Virus record (IMG/VR): IMGVR_UViG_3300022555_000011 | Coordinates: 19,381-83,380 of that record | Source: a virus | Lineage: Duplodnaviria > Heunggongvirae > Uroviricota > Caudoviricetes | DNA: 64,000 nt | Reading direction: 5' to 3' (one strand) | Part shown: one piece after another, positions 27,379-37,329 of the stretch | How positions within the stretch are numbered: position 1 is the first letter of the stretch | How the letters are laid out: every line of letters begins with the position of its first letter | The notes under the pieces: model-generated | Databases searched by the model: none | What the model was told of the DNA's origin: nothing | Seen by the model: only the letters and a program-made list of their open reading frames with translations | Program-made: the position numbers and the translations under genes

Positions 27379-28908
27379 TTAAAAATTAGCAGCGTTTCTT
27401 GTTGCATTTTCTAAATCAGTTAATAATCCAGAACCAACAGTTTTCCCAAAGTTTTTCAGACTTGTACGATCATTAAAATCTGGATTATATACATTATCTG
27501 GTTCTATTTTATTTAAACCTGTTGAATTTCTAAATTGTGTTAAAAGGTTATTTACAGTATTTCCTCTAACATCTCTCAATTTTGCTTCAAGACTATCTAA
27601 ATAGTTAAGACTATTATTGGCAACTGTTTGTGCAGCTTTACCTAATAATTGATTTGTAAATCCTTTCTTTTGTGGTGGTGTAGAATTTATTCTATCTAAG
27701 TCATTATAATATTCTTGTTTAGTGTTACTATAAAAATCATCTGACCAAGGATTTATTTGTGTCATAGCATTTCCATTATTAGATGGATATAAGAGTGGAA
27801 ATTCACTCCAACGAGTTACAGACTTATAATAAATGTCAAAAGATAAAGTTTGTGGTGTATTTGGTATAGTACCACCATACCCACCTATTACCATTTCATC
27901 TTCATAATTTCTACTTTGTTCAAAATTAAAATTACAATCATGTAGGGTATATACAATTTGAGATTTTGGCGATATTGTATTTTTTATTTGATTTTGTGGA
28001 TCAAAGTTGCTATTATTTTTTTCTGGAATAGTAAAATTTCTAATATCATTTATTTTGATTGTCATATCAAATCTTATCAAATTTTCTGGAAACATATGTC
28101 TTTGATTTTTATAACTATAAATAATATTATTATATAATTCTGATAAATACCAAGCTATCATTGATACATCTTCGTTTAGAGTTATTGTGATTTTATCAGC
28201 TTCATCTTTAGTATTATAATTAATGAATTTATTGTTTAACTTTTCTAACCCTTTAATTTTTGTAATATAATATGCTTTGTTAAAAAAATTCCTATTTTTG
28301 TTTTCATTTAAATCTTTTTCAAATATTTTGAAAAAAACATTTCTAAATTCTGTCCAAAGATTTCCCCTATTTTCATATCCTATTGAATCTATTTCTTTTC
28401 CATAGTGATTAATAAAATACATTAAACTATTTTTAGAATCAGAAGTTGAAAAAAATGGAGAATTTTCATCAAAGAATAATTCAAATGCTGGAATAAATGG
28501 ATCTTCATACCAAAAATCATTTCCTCTAAATCCTGCTTGTGAATACAATCCTTTTTTAAAAGTGTTTGTATCTTCATCATATTCTTGAATCATATTTGCT
28601 TTCATTTGAGTGCCGTCATCATAATACCAAAGTTGCTCAGGTTTAGAATCTGATGTGTGATAAGGATCATAATCATCTAATTTCTTATCTTCAATACCAA
28701 AGGCTTGTTTGACCAATCCTTTATTAATATTTAAAGAGTTTGCTAATGCTTCAATAGCACTATCTTGAGCATATCCTTTAATATATCTGGCAGAGTTTGT
28801 CGCTTTCTTTTTAAAAGAACCAATTAATGAACTTTTTGAAAAATCACCAGAACCTAAAGAACTTGATAATTGTTCACCATTTAGAATATTTTTGTAACTT
28901 AGTCCCAT
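27379..28908 (-). CDS. probable virion/baseplate structural protein
   Basis: Position within the baseplate operon; no firm motif. Confidence 0.5.
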   Translation of the reverse strand: MGLSYKNILNGEQLSSSLGSGDFSKSSLIGSFKKKATNSARYIKGYAQDSAIEALANSLNINKGLVKQAFGIEDKKLDDYDPYHTSDSKPEQLWYYDDGTQMKANMIQEYDEDTNTFKKGLYSQAGFRGNDFWYEDPFIPAFELFFDENSPFFSTSDSKNSLMYFINHYGKEIDSIGYENRGNLWTEFRNVFFKIFEKDLNENKNRNFFNKAYYITKIKGLEKLNNKFINYNTKDEADKITITLNEDVSMIAWYLSELYNNIIYSYKNQRHMFPENLIRFDMTIKINDIRNFTIPEKNNSNFDPQNQIKNTISPKSQIVYTLHDCNFNFEQSRNYEDEMVIGGYGGTIPNTPQTLSFDIYYKSVTRWSEFPLLYPSNNGNAMTQINPWSDDFYSNTKQEYYNDLDRINSTPPQKKGFTNQLLGKAAQTVANNSLNYLDSLEAKLRDVRGNTVNNLLTQFRNSTGLNKIEPDNVYNPDFNDRTSLKNFGKTVGSGLLTDLENATRNAANF

Positions 28909-28917
28909 ATTTTTTTA

Positions 28918-30321
28918 TTATTTTACTAATGTTCTGAAACCGCTCTTTTCGTCATTTCCAGCACCATAATTAACACTTAATTCTCTTCTTTGAAGTGTTA
29001 TTTCTTGTTCGACACCACCGCTTCTTTTGTATAAATAATTTATTCCAGTTACAAACCAGTAACCAGATAATCTAGTGTTTATATTATTTATAGATGATTT
29101 AGTATTTGCAGCCTGTGAAAATAAATCATCTGGATTATATATTTCAACTTTAATGTTTTGAAATCTTTTAATAGAAAAATTAACTTGATTTAATGTTACT
29201 ATCATTTTCATTTTTTCCATACCATCTAAATGAAATTTGTTTGCAACTTTAGCTAATGAATAATATTTGTGAACATTATTATCAGTGTCAATTTTACCAG
29301 TAAAGTATTCATCATTTACATTCTCTTCATATATTTTTGAATTTCTATCAGTTAAGTCTTTTAATTCCTCATGCTCAGTTTTAAGTTCTTTTATAAATTC
29401 TTTATATACTGTATTATTACTTTTATCATACCAAGTGGATGATACTTGATAAAATCTTTCTAAATTTACTTTATATGATTGATTGACCAAATTAAATTTA
29501 CTTATATAACTATTTGTCATATGAAAAGCCGTGTTATTAGTTAAATATAAATTTACATTTCTTTCTTCATCATTTTTTATGGTTTGTGGATTTGTTATAG
29601 TGCCTTTTTCTTCTTTATTGAAATAGTTCATTTCTAATTGAATATCAACATAATTTATATTATATTGGAAATCAATAAATGTCCATACAAATGAATCTTT
29701 TGAAATAAAAGAATATTTAGTAACGTCTTTAATAAATTCTGGATAAGTATCGCTACAATTTATCCAAGTCATACTATCATTACTTGATTTAACATTAGAT
29801 GCAAATCCTAAATTCAAATCAAATGCCATTTGTTTTATTACGTCATAGCTTGTGCCTTTTTTTGATTCATACCTTGTATAAAATAATTCATCCACATCTA
29901 ATATTCCTTTAATTAAATAATTAAAATAATTTTTTTGACTATCATTTTTTACTGTTTCATATGATGTTATTCTAAAATCCATCCTTATTGGCATAGTATT
30001 TTCAGAAGTTGATTTAACAAAAATACTTAGAACCATATCGTGATCGTATGGATATAAGTCATTAAATAATATGCCTTTTGAATCATCGCAACATAGTTCA
30101 ATTTCTGGTAAAAACTTACTATTATGTAGTTTTATATAAATAATATCTTTGGGATCAACAGTTGTACCAATTGTTGTACCTGTATTTGAATCTACCTTAC
30201 TTATAAATACATATGGCACATAATTAAAAGACTGTACCGCAATATCAGCAGATGTAGGATCATTTAATTGAAGGCTTAATTCTTTAAGTTTTATTTTAGC
30301 TTTTTCTATGACTGTTATCAT
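28918..30321 (-). CDS. probable baseplate hub (gp27-like) protein
   Basis: Position between gp53-like and gp5-like genes; C-terminal LSGYWFVTGINY...QEITL. Confidence 0.55.
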   Translation of the reverse strand: MITVIEKAKIKLKELSLQLNDPTSADIAVQSFNYVPYVFISKVDSNTGTTIGTTVDPKDIIYIKLHNSKFLPEIELCCDDSKGILFNDLYPYDHDMVLSIFVKSTSENTMPIRMDFRITSYETVKNDSQKNYFNYLIKGILDVDELFYTRYESKKGTSYDVIKQMAFDLNLGFASNVKSSNDSMTWINCSDTYPEFIKDVTKYSFISKDSFVWTFIDFQYNINYVDIQLEMNYFNKEEKGTITNPQTIKNDEERNVNLYLTNNTAFHMTNSYISKFNLVNQSYKVNLERFYQVSSTWYDKSNNTVYKEFIKELKTEHEELKDLTDRNSKIYEENVNDEYFTGKIDTDNNVHKYYSLAKVANKFHLDGMEKMKMIVTLNQVNFSIKRFQNIKVEIYNPDDLFSQAANTKSSINNINTRLSGYWFVTGINYLYKRSGGVEQEITLQRRELSVNYGAGNDEKSGFRTLVK

Positions 30322-30806
30322 TGAAATGAATTTATTATTTGAATTTTATTATCTTTTGTCACTTTAACTTGTTGTAAATTAGAAGGTTTTACTGTAGGTG
30401 GTAAATTTTGATCAGATGTGCCAAAATTTAAATTATTTTGATTTTGATTTGATTTAATTAAATTTTGTCTGGCAACATTTTTTAGATTTTGTAAATCATC
30501 TATTGTATATAATTTTTGCAAGTTATCAACTTGACAAAAGTAAATATATTGACCCTCTTTAACTGAATATGGACTAATTATATCATTTAATACCATTAGT
30601 TCTTCAATATAACTTGATGATCCATAAATATAATCTGATATTCTATCTAATCTCATTTCAAATTCTCTTGGAACAATATATATTTGAAGAGTCATATTTT
30701 TAGAATTATTGACTACATTTTTTTGAAATAAATCGAAAAGATTATCCTGATTAGGGTCTCTTTTTATTTTATTATTTGCTGTATTATCAAAGGATAGTAT
30801 TTCCAT
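30318..30806 (-). CDS. gp53-like baseplate wedge protein (LysM-like)
   Basis: YIV...MRLDRISDYIYGS...LMVLNDIISPYSVKEGQYI. Confidence 0.7.
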   Translation of the reverse strand: MEILSFDNTANNKIKRDPNQDNLFDLFQKNVVNNSKNMTLQIYIVPREFEMRLDRISDYIYGSSSYIEELMVLNDIISPYSVKEGQYIYFCQVDNLQKLYTIDDLQNLKNVARQNLIKSNQNQNNLNFGTSDQNLPPTVKPSNLQQVKVTKDNKIQIINSFQ

Positions 30807-30821
30807 CTTTTATATTATTTT

Positions 30822-32756
30822 TTAAAATCCTCTAGCCATTTGTCTTTGAATATATGAACTATTATTTGAGTTTGCAATATGTCTAGCAGCATATGCTGCT
30901 GTTTCTGCTGGACTAAATGTTGTATCTGCTGTTGTTGTTGCATTTTGTGCCGCATTTTTATTCCCCATAAGTTGTGCACTTTGATTAGAAAAAACCGAAC
31001 CACCTTTAGGCTCCATTGATTGAATATTTTCTGAAGCTTTTTTATTTACCTCTGGTATTGAATTTACTGTTTCTGTGCCAGGAGGAGGTGTATTATAAGT
31101 TCTTCTAAATGTATTATTAAACATTCTCATTAATTCTTGTTTACCTAAAGGTCTTGAAAATCTACAACCAAATGTAGCTTTTAATCTTTGTGGTTGATCA
31201 TTAAATCCCATTTCATTACTAGTTTCTATGCTACAAGTACTTACAATTATATGATTTGATGCAAACCAAGGTGAATATGGATTACCTAAAGTTAAATACC
31301 AAGGTGTTGAACTTATTTTACCACCAACCATTAATTCTAAAGATCCTCTTAATTTAAATCTGTTTATAGATAGTGTGCTTGTTAAAATAGATTGTAAAAA
31401 TGGTGCAATAAAATCTATTGCACCATCAATTTTCTGTTTTGCTCCATTAAAAACAGATTCTGTTTTAGAACTTGTGCCATCTTGATAAAATTTGTCTAAT
31501 GCGGCTTGTTTTGATTCTTTTTCTTCAGGTTTAGCATTTTCTACTTCTTTTTTTAATCTAGTTTCTTCTGCAGTTCTATCTTTATTTGACTGTTCTGTTT
31601 TAGCAGAATCATTTTTTGCTTTTTCCAAATTTTCCTTCATTTTTTGATAAGTGTCCGTAAAGAATTTTGTTATTACTTCCCAAAATCCAACTAAGATTTT
31701 AGCTACCATATCCCACCATGCATTCAGATTATTACCTTTACCACTTGATGCATCTCTGGCACTTTTTATTATAGGTGAATTGTCGCCCCAATAAAATACC
31801 ATATTTGATGTTCCCATTGTCATAAGATTATCCATTATATCTAACATTGCTGAGCCAGGATCAACATCTCCCAATAATTTTTGTTCATAATTTGTTTCTA
31901 ATTCAAAAGTAAAATCTGAAGTAAGGTTCTGACTTTCTGGATCTCTCCATGGACCTTGAAGTAAAAGATTAGGATTTCCAACTGGTATATTATTAAGACC
32001 CCAAGAATTAGATGTTGTTGCGCCATTTGCGCCTTTATCGGTATTTGTTAAACTATTAGAAGTTGGATGTAAAAATGCATTTGGATCAAAATTTTCATAT
32101 GTTTCATCTGTAGTTTCATCCACTCCACTTTTATCTAATAAGTGTGCTCTATTATAAAGTTCAAATAACATACCTTGTGCAAAATCTGGTATTGGAACTA
32201 ATGCTGTGCCTTCTGCTCCACCCATAGCTTTTTTAATAATATCATTTAATACTTGATCAAATCTTCTATCAATTGTTGTCCAAGTTTCACTAAAATTAAT
32301 TTTACCAAAGTTATCAGTAGGTTTAATCCAACCAATTACAGTTGAAATTGGCTCAATTTTCATTTCATTTAAGTCTTCTAACACGAAACAACCTTCTGGA
32401 AATCTTCTGAGAATAGCCATTCTGTTTATTGGGTAAACTCCTAATTCTCTTAGATATGCTAAATCTGCAGCGTTTATTCTTAACCCTGCGCCAGGATTTC
32501 CTTGAACTTTATCAAAATCCCTTATAAGCTGTATATATGGATTAATTGATATATTTTCATTTTTATAAACTGTTGTGTTAAGATATGATTTTATTTTATT
32601 TGTTCCTGAACCAGATCCATCTTTTGTTTTATATACAACATATTTAGAATTATCAAAAATGTTACGTTTGTTGTCAAAATTATCTAGTTGAGAATTTACA
32701 TCTTCTCTATTAGTAATATTACTAAATAAAAAATCCATTTCAGAATAATGTGCCAT
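30822..32756 (-). CDS. probable baseplate/tail structural protein
   Basis: First gene of the baseplate operon, TATATA upstream; WYLTLGNPYSP...FNDQP. Confidence 0.5.
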   Translation of the reverse strand: MAHYSEMDFLFSNITNREDVNSQLDNFDNKRNIFDNSKYVVYKTKDGSGSGTNKIKSYLNTTVYKNENISINPYIQLIRDFDKVQGNPGAGLRINAADLAYLRELGVYPINRMAILRRFPEGCFVLEDLNEMKIEPISTVIGWIKPTDNFGKINFSETWTTIDRRFDQVLNDIIKKAMGGAEGTALVPIPDFAQGMLFELYNRAHLLDKSGVDETTDETYENFDPNAFLHPTSNSLTNTDKGANGATTSNSWGLNNIPVGNPNLLLQGPWRDPESQNLTSDFTFELETNYEQKLLGDVDPGSAMLDIMDNLMTMGTSNMVFYWGDNSPIIKSARDASSGKGNNLNAWWDMVAKILVGFWEVITKFFTDTYQKMKENLEKAKNDSAKTEQSNKDRTAEETRLKKEVENAKPEEKESKQAALDKFYQDGTSSKTESVFNGAKQKIDGAIDFIAPFLQSILTSTLSINRFKLRGSLELMVGGKISSTPWYLTLGNPYSPWFASNHIIVSTCSIETSNEMGFNDQPQRLKATFGCRFSRPLGKQELMRMFNNTFRRTYNTPPPGTETVNSIPEVNKKASENIQSMEPKGGSVFSNQSAQLMGNKNAAQNATTTADTTFSPAETAAYAARHIANSNNSSYIQRQMARGF

Positions 32757-32814
32757 ATTTAATTTATATAGTTTTACTTTATATATAAAAAAAATATTCC
32801 TCTGAAATAGAATT

Positions 32815-33216
32815 TTAGTAGTCTCTAATTATTTGAATGGCATCAAATAGTGATATATTAGATAGAAGATTTTCATACATTTTTTGATTGTCTTTGAAAT
32901 CTTCAAAAAAGAAGAGTAGATTGAAATTAATTTTACCAATTAAATTTTCTTTAATTTGAAAAATATCATCAATTTCTAATGTATTTATTTTATTTAAGTT
33001 TGGTATATAGTACACGTCTTTATTTTTCCTAATTGTTTGAGTTATTTTCGTATAAATTATAAGATTGAAATATTCTCGCCATTCAGTCACATCTTCTAGA
33101 CCATGATCATCTAATTGCTGTTTTATATCTATAATTGTCTTATTTCGTACCTTGTTTATCTTAATATATTTGTCCAATTTTTTTCTATTTTTAACGAAAA
33201 CTATGTAAAATTCCAT
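32815..33216 (-). CDS. hypothetical protein
   Basis: 133-aa ORF with TATATA upstream. Confidence 0.6.
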   Translation of the reverse strand: MEFYIVFVKNRKKLDKYIKINKVRNKTIIDIKQQLDDHGLEDVTEWREYFNLIIYTKITQTIRKNKDVYYIPNLNKINTLEIDDIFQIKENLIGKINFNLLFFFEDFKDNQKMYENLLSNISLFDAIQIIRDY

Positions 33217-33317
33217 ATTTTAGATTGTATTTTGGAATTATATATATTTTCAATTGGGTTCTAAATTTATTATATAAACTTTTTATTATAACTTTAAACT
33301 AATTTTTAATTAGGTAC

Positions 33318-33332
33318 TATAATAACTTAGAA
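33318..33332 (+). promoter_or_regulatory. TATAATAACTTAGAA motif (copy 1)
   Basis: Identical 15-mer at 35029-35043; both have AAACT[AT] 16 nt upstream. Confidence 0.45.
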
Positions 33333-33355
33333 TTTTAAAAAATAATACTAAAATT

Positions 33356-33619
33356 ATGGAATTTGAAGTAGAAGTAAAAGTAGTAGAAGAACCAATTATT
33401 AGTGATATAATAATGCCAGAGGAAAAACCTGATGAATTTATAGAATTTGATGAAGAACTGATCAAAGAGTTAGGTTATAAATCTTTAAGATATAGTATAA
33501 AAACATTTGATCACAGATTGATTTTGACTTCTGTAGATGACGAAGATATAGTTGTACCTAATGAATTGGTGGAAGATAAGTTGAAAGAATTATTGAATAT
33601 ACTACATAGTAAAAAATAA
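33356..33619 (+). CDS. 87-aa hypothetical protein, paralog of 34685-34948
   Basis: Starts MEFEVEVKVVEEPIIS. Confidence 0.7.
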   Translation: MEFEVEVKVVEEPIISDIIMPEEKPDEFIEFDEELIKELGYKSLRYSIKTFDHRLILTSVDDEDIVVPNELVEDKLKELLNILHSKK

Positions 33620-33894
33620 TTATTAAAAAACGTATTCTTGATTGTGTTGTTGATAGTAGAAAAAATATAGAATTGTCATTTATATCACCTGACGATTGGG
33701 ATGACAGGTTAAACAGAATGAAATGTTTAAGAGAAAAATATAAAGATATAATACCTGTTGATATTATAATAATGGAACAATGTGAAAATTATTTAGATTT
33801 AATTGAAAGTGAGAATTATGAAATGTGTAATAAATATATTTTTATATAACTCACACTCATTTGTGAAAGTGTTGAATTAAAAAAAATTAAAATT

Positions 33895-34431
33895 ATGTTA
33901 GAAAGATTAAAAAAATTAAATTATGTATCAGTTAAAGAAACTGATAATTTAGAAAAATTATCTATGTTAGTTGTTGAAGAAGATAATAATGTATATTCTA
34001 AAACTGTATCAGCGGACATTTTTGAAATTGATAATTTGGAAAATATCCCTGAATTTATTGAAAAGTCTTTTGTTCAAAAAGTTGAAAGTCTTATTAAGCA
34101 CAAAAAAACAATAGAGTATAAAGATATTAAAGAATCAATCAATCAATGTTTTGATGAATTGAAGCCTTTAAATGAAAAATTTCACAATGAGGATAAATTT
34201 ATTATAACTTCTAAAAATATAGAAATTAAAAATTTACAAAATATTTCAGTTATTGTGTCTGAGTATTTAGATAATAAGATTATAATTGGTTATAAAACAC
34301 AAGTAGATCAACCAGGAATAATTGTAATAACAAATGAAAATGGATTAAGTGATAAAAATAATATACAAATAGCAATAATTGATATTGGATTTTATCCTGA
34401 AAAAGCATACTATATACTAAAAATAAAATGA
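33895..34431 (+). CDS. hypothetical protein
   Basis: 178-aa ORF. Confidence 0.6.
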   Translation: MLERLKKLNYVSVKETDNLEKLSMLVVEEDNNVYSKTVSADIFEIDNLENIPEFIEKSFVQKVESLIKHKKTIEYKDIKESINQCFDELKPLNEKFHNEDKFIITSKNIEIKNLQNISVIVSEYLDNKIIIGYKTQVDQPGIIVITNENGLSDKNNIQIAIIDIGFYPEKAYYILKIK

Positions 34432-34455
34432 AAATAGAATGAAAATAGGGGATAA

Positions 34456-34653
34456 AATACTTGTATAGAATTTGATGGTATCCAACATTATGAATCTGTT
34501 AAATGGTTTGGTGGTGAAGAAACATTAAAAAATATAAAAATACGTGATAAAATAAAAACTGAATATTGTATAAATAATAATATTCAGTTAATTAGAATAA
34601 AATATGATGATAATTTAGAGGATAAACTGACTAAATTATTATTGAAAAATTAA
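34456..34653 (+). pseudogene. C-terminal remnant of a PD-(D/E)XK/Vsr-like endonuclease
   Basis: TCIEFDGIQHYES...RDKIKTEYCINNNIQLIRIKYDD, similar to the end of 4970-5869; no start codon, in-frame stop just upstream. Confidence 0.75.
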
Positions 34654-34684
34654 ACAAAAATAAAACAAAAATAAAACAAAAATT

Positions 34685-34948
34685 ATGGAATTTGAAGTAG
34701 AAGTAAAAGTAATAGAAGAGCCGATTATTAGTGAAATAATACTACCAGAGGAGCATCCTGATGTGATTATTGATTTTGATAATGAAATGTCTAAAGAATT
34801 AGGTTATAAATCTTTTAGATATAATGTAAATATATCTAATTATAGATTAATTTTTACAACGATTAATGACGAAGAAATAGTTGTGCCTAATGAACTTGTT
34901 GAAATAAAATTAAAAGAAGTTTTAGATATATTACATAGTAAGATGTAG
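34685..34948 (+). CDS. 87-aa hypothetical protein, paralog of 33356-33619
   Basis: Starts MEFEVEVKVIEEPIIS. Confidence 0.7.
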   Translation: MEFEVEVKVIEEPIISEIILPEEHPDVIIDFDNEMSKELGYKSFRYNVNISNYRLIFTTINDEEIVVPNELVEIKLKEVLDILHSKM

Positions 34949-35028
34949 AATTTTTATTAGATGTAATTATATAAATACACTTGTGTGGATTTTTTATTTT
35001 AAAAAAAAACTTTTAATAATAATTTAAT

Positions 35029-35043
35029 TATAATAACTTAGAA
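35029..35043 (+). promoter_or_regulatory. TATAATAACTTAGAA motif (copy 2), upstream of recA-N
   Basis: Identical to 33318-33332. Confidence 0.45.
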
Positions 35044-35072
35044 CAAATCTAAATAAAAATAATTAAACTAAT

Positions 35073-36041
35073 ATGGCAAAGACAACAAAACCATCACAAA
35101 AAAAATCAAATGATTTTGATTTCTCAAAAATATCTACACTTATAGAGAATATTTCAAAGAAAGATATAATTTCAATTGAAGATTTTGAGAAAGAAAAAAC
35201 ATTTATTTCAACAGGCATTCATATCGTAGATGCACTTTTATCAAAAAGTATTTTAAAAGGTGGAATACCTAATAACAAAATCACAATTATCGCTGGTCCA
35301 AAACAAACTGGTAAATCATTTATCTCTTTAAATATAGCAAGAAATGCACAAAAGATGGGGTATAATATTGTATGGATTGATACAGAATATTCTATTGAAA
35401 AAGCTGATTTTGATATGTATGGTATTGATACTTCAGACGCTAACAAATTTATGTTGATTAGAACTAATATCGTTGAGAAGATAAAAATGTTTATGATGTC
35501 GTTTTTAGATGCTTTGCAAAAATTAAAAGACACAGGAGTTGATGTGTCAAAAACTATATTCTTCTTAGATTCCATTGGTATGTTATCCAGTGAAAAGGAA
35601 AAAGAAGATACACTCAAATTGAATGTCAAACAAGATATGACACGTGCAAAACAAATCAAATCTCTTGTTAGACTTATTACAAATGATTTAGGATATTTGA
35701 ATATTCCATTAGTAGCAACAAACCACGTTTATTTATGTTTAACTGCTGGACATAAAGTAATAAAGGCTGATGGTAATTCAGAATTAATAGAGAATTTAAT
35801 GATAGGTGATTCTATACAAACATTAGAAGGAAATAAAACTATTGTAAAAACTGTTGAATATCCTAAAAGTCCAATAATTCAAATAACATTGGAAACTGGT
35901 GAGAAAATTAAATGCACTCCACAACATAGATTTTTAGTAAAACCTGATTGGGTTAGCGACGAAAATAATGATTGTTGGAAAAAGGCGGAAGATTTAACTG
36001 ATAAAGATATAATTTTAGCGGTTGATGAAACTATTAAATAA
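35073..36041 (+). CDS. recA: UvsX/RecA recombinase N-terminal fragment + split-intein N part (101 aa, 35736-36038)
   Basis: Walker A GPKQTGKS, WIDTE, FFLDSIG, VATNHVYL then CLTAGHKV...CTPQH (blocks A and B). Confidence 0.9.
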   Translation: MAKTTKPSQKKSNDFDFSKISTLIENISKKDIISIEDFEKEKTFISTGIHIVDALLSKSILKGGIPNNKITIIAGPKQTGKSFISLNIARNAQKMGYNIVWIDTEYSIEKADFDMYGIDTSDANKFMLIRTNIVEKIKMFMMSFLDALQKLKDTGVDVSKTIFFLDSIGMLSSEKEKEDTLKLNVKQDMTRAKQIKSLVRLITNDLGYLNIPLVATNHVYLCLTAGHKVIKADGNSELIENLMIGDSIQTLEGNKTIVKTVEYPKSPIIQITLETGEKIKCTPQHRFLVKPDWVSDENNDCWKKAEDLTDKDIILAVDETIK

Positions 36042-36099
36042 ACTTTATTAGTGGAAATAAACGAGTTTTTTATTTTTATATATAGAATAAAAAAAGATT

Positions 36100-37329
36100 A
36101 TGGAATTAATAGAAAAAATTAAAAATAGTAAAAGTATGTCTGGCATCATTAGAATGATTAATGGTGATGATAAATTAAATGATATTGTTATAGATAGAAC
36201 AAAGTATTTAAATGATGCTTCTATACATGAAAGGTTATTTAATATAAAAAATGATTTTTTTGATAATACTGTTTGTTCCATATGTAATGTAAGTTTTTTA
36301 GAATGGAATGTTAAATATAATAAATATAAAAATACTTGTTCTCATAAAGAATGTAAAACAAAATTTTTGATGATAAATAAAGATCCAGAGTCAGAAAAAT
36401 TAAGAAGAGAAAAAATAAGCGAAACACAAAAAAATAAAACTGAAGAAGAAAAACAAATAATTTTAGACAAGATTAAAAAAACAAATATTAAAAAATTTGG
36501 TAAAGATTCTTATGCAAAAACACAAAAATTTAAAAATGATATGATTGATAAATATGGATATATTAGTGCATTTGAATTGAAAGAAACCCATGATAAGTCA
36601 AAATTAACTTTACTTAAAAAATATAATTGTGATCACAATTCTAAGATAGATGAAGTGAAAAATAATAAAAAAATTACATATTTAAATAATTATGGTGTTG
36701 ATAACCCCACAAAATCTATAGTTGTAAAAGATAAAATTATAAAAACAAATAATGAAAAGTATGGTGGCAACTCACCTATGAATAATGATGAAGTGAAAGA
36801 AAAAGCAAGAGAAACATATCAATCAAATTATATTGATAATGAATTAAAAATGAATGAGTTGGTTTCCAGAAGAGAAGATACGATGTTTAAAAAGTATGGT
36901 GTTAATTATTGGATACAAGATAGTAAAAACTTAGATAAATTAGTTAAAAAAACAACTTATAAAAAATATCTTATACATGATAAAGAATATTTTTTGCAAG
37001 GATATGAAGATTGTGTTCTATTTGATATTTTATTAAAAAAGTATGATATTAATGATATTTGTATTTTTAATGATGATATAGAAAAATACACAGGTAAAAT
37101 ATATTATAGAGTTGAAAATAAAAAACACAAATATTATCCAGATTTTTATATAATAAGTGAGAATAAAATATATGAAGTTAAATCTGAATATACGTATAAT
37201 TCAGATATTATTATAAATACTCTAAAAAAAGATGCTTGCATTAATAACGGAATAGATTTTGAGTTTATTATATTGTCTAAAAAAGAATATAATAAATGGA
37301 AAAATAATAAAAATAATAAAAATATATGA
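36100..37329 (+). CDS. free-standing PD-(D/E)XK-type endonuclease inside fractured recA
   Basis: KYGVDNP-type repeats; C-terminal YYPDFYI...IYEVKS. Confidence 0.75.
   Translation: MELIEKIKNSKSMSGIIRMINGDDKLNDIVIDRTKYLNDASIHERLFNIKNDFFDNTVCSICNVSFLEWNVKYNKYKNTCSHKECKTKFLMINKDPESEKLRREKISETQKNKTEEEKQIILDKIKKTNIKKFGKDSYAKTQKFKNDMIDKYGYISAFELKETHDKSKLTLLKKYNCDHNSKIDEVKNNKKITYLNNYGVDNPTKSIVVKDKIIKTNNEKYGGNSPMNNDEVKEKARETYQSNYIDNELKMNELVSRREDTMFKKYGVNYWIQDSKNLDKLVKKTTYKKYLIHDKEYFLQGYEDCVLFDILLKKYDINDICIFNDDIEKYTGKIYYRVENKKHKYYPDFYIISENKIYEVKSEYTYNSDIIINTLKKDACINNGIDFEFIILSKKEYNKWKNNKNNKNI

Noticed and set aside
33613-33869. Open frame IIIKKRILDCVVDSRK...ENYEMCNKY without an ATG/GTG/TTG at its 5' end
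   Set aside because: No canonical start until 33718 and no recognisable domain; it cannot be called a gene or a pseudogene with confidence.
34651-34684. (taaaacaaaaa)x3 short tandem repeat
   Set aside because: Low-complexity A-rich leader before an ATG; no evidence of a separate function.
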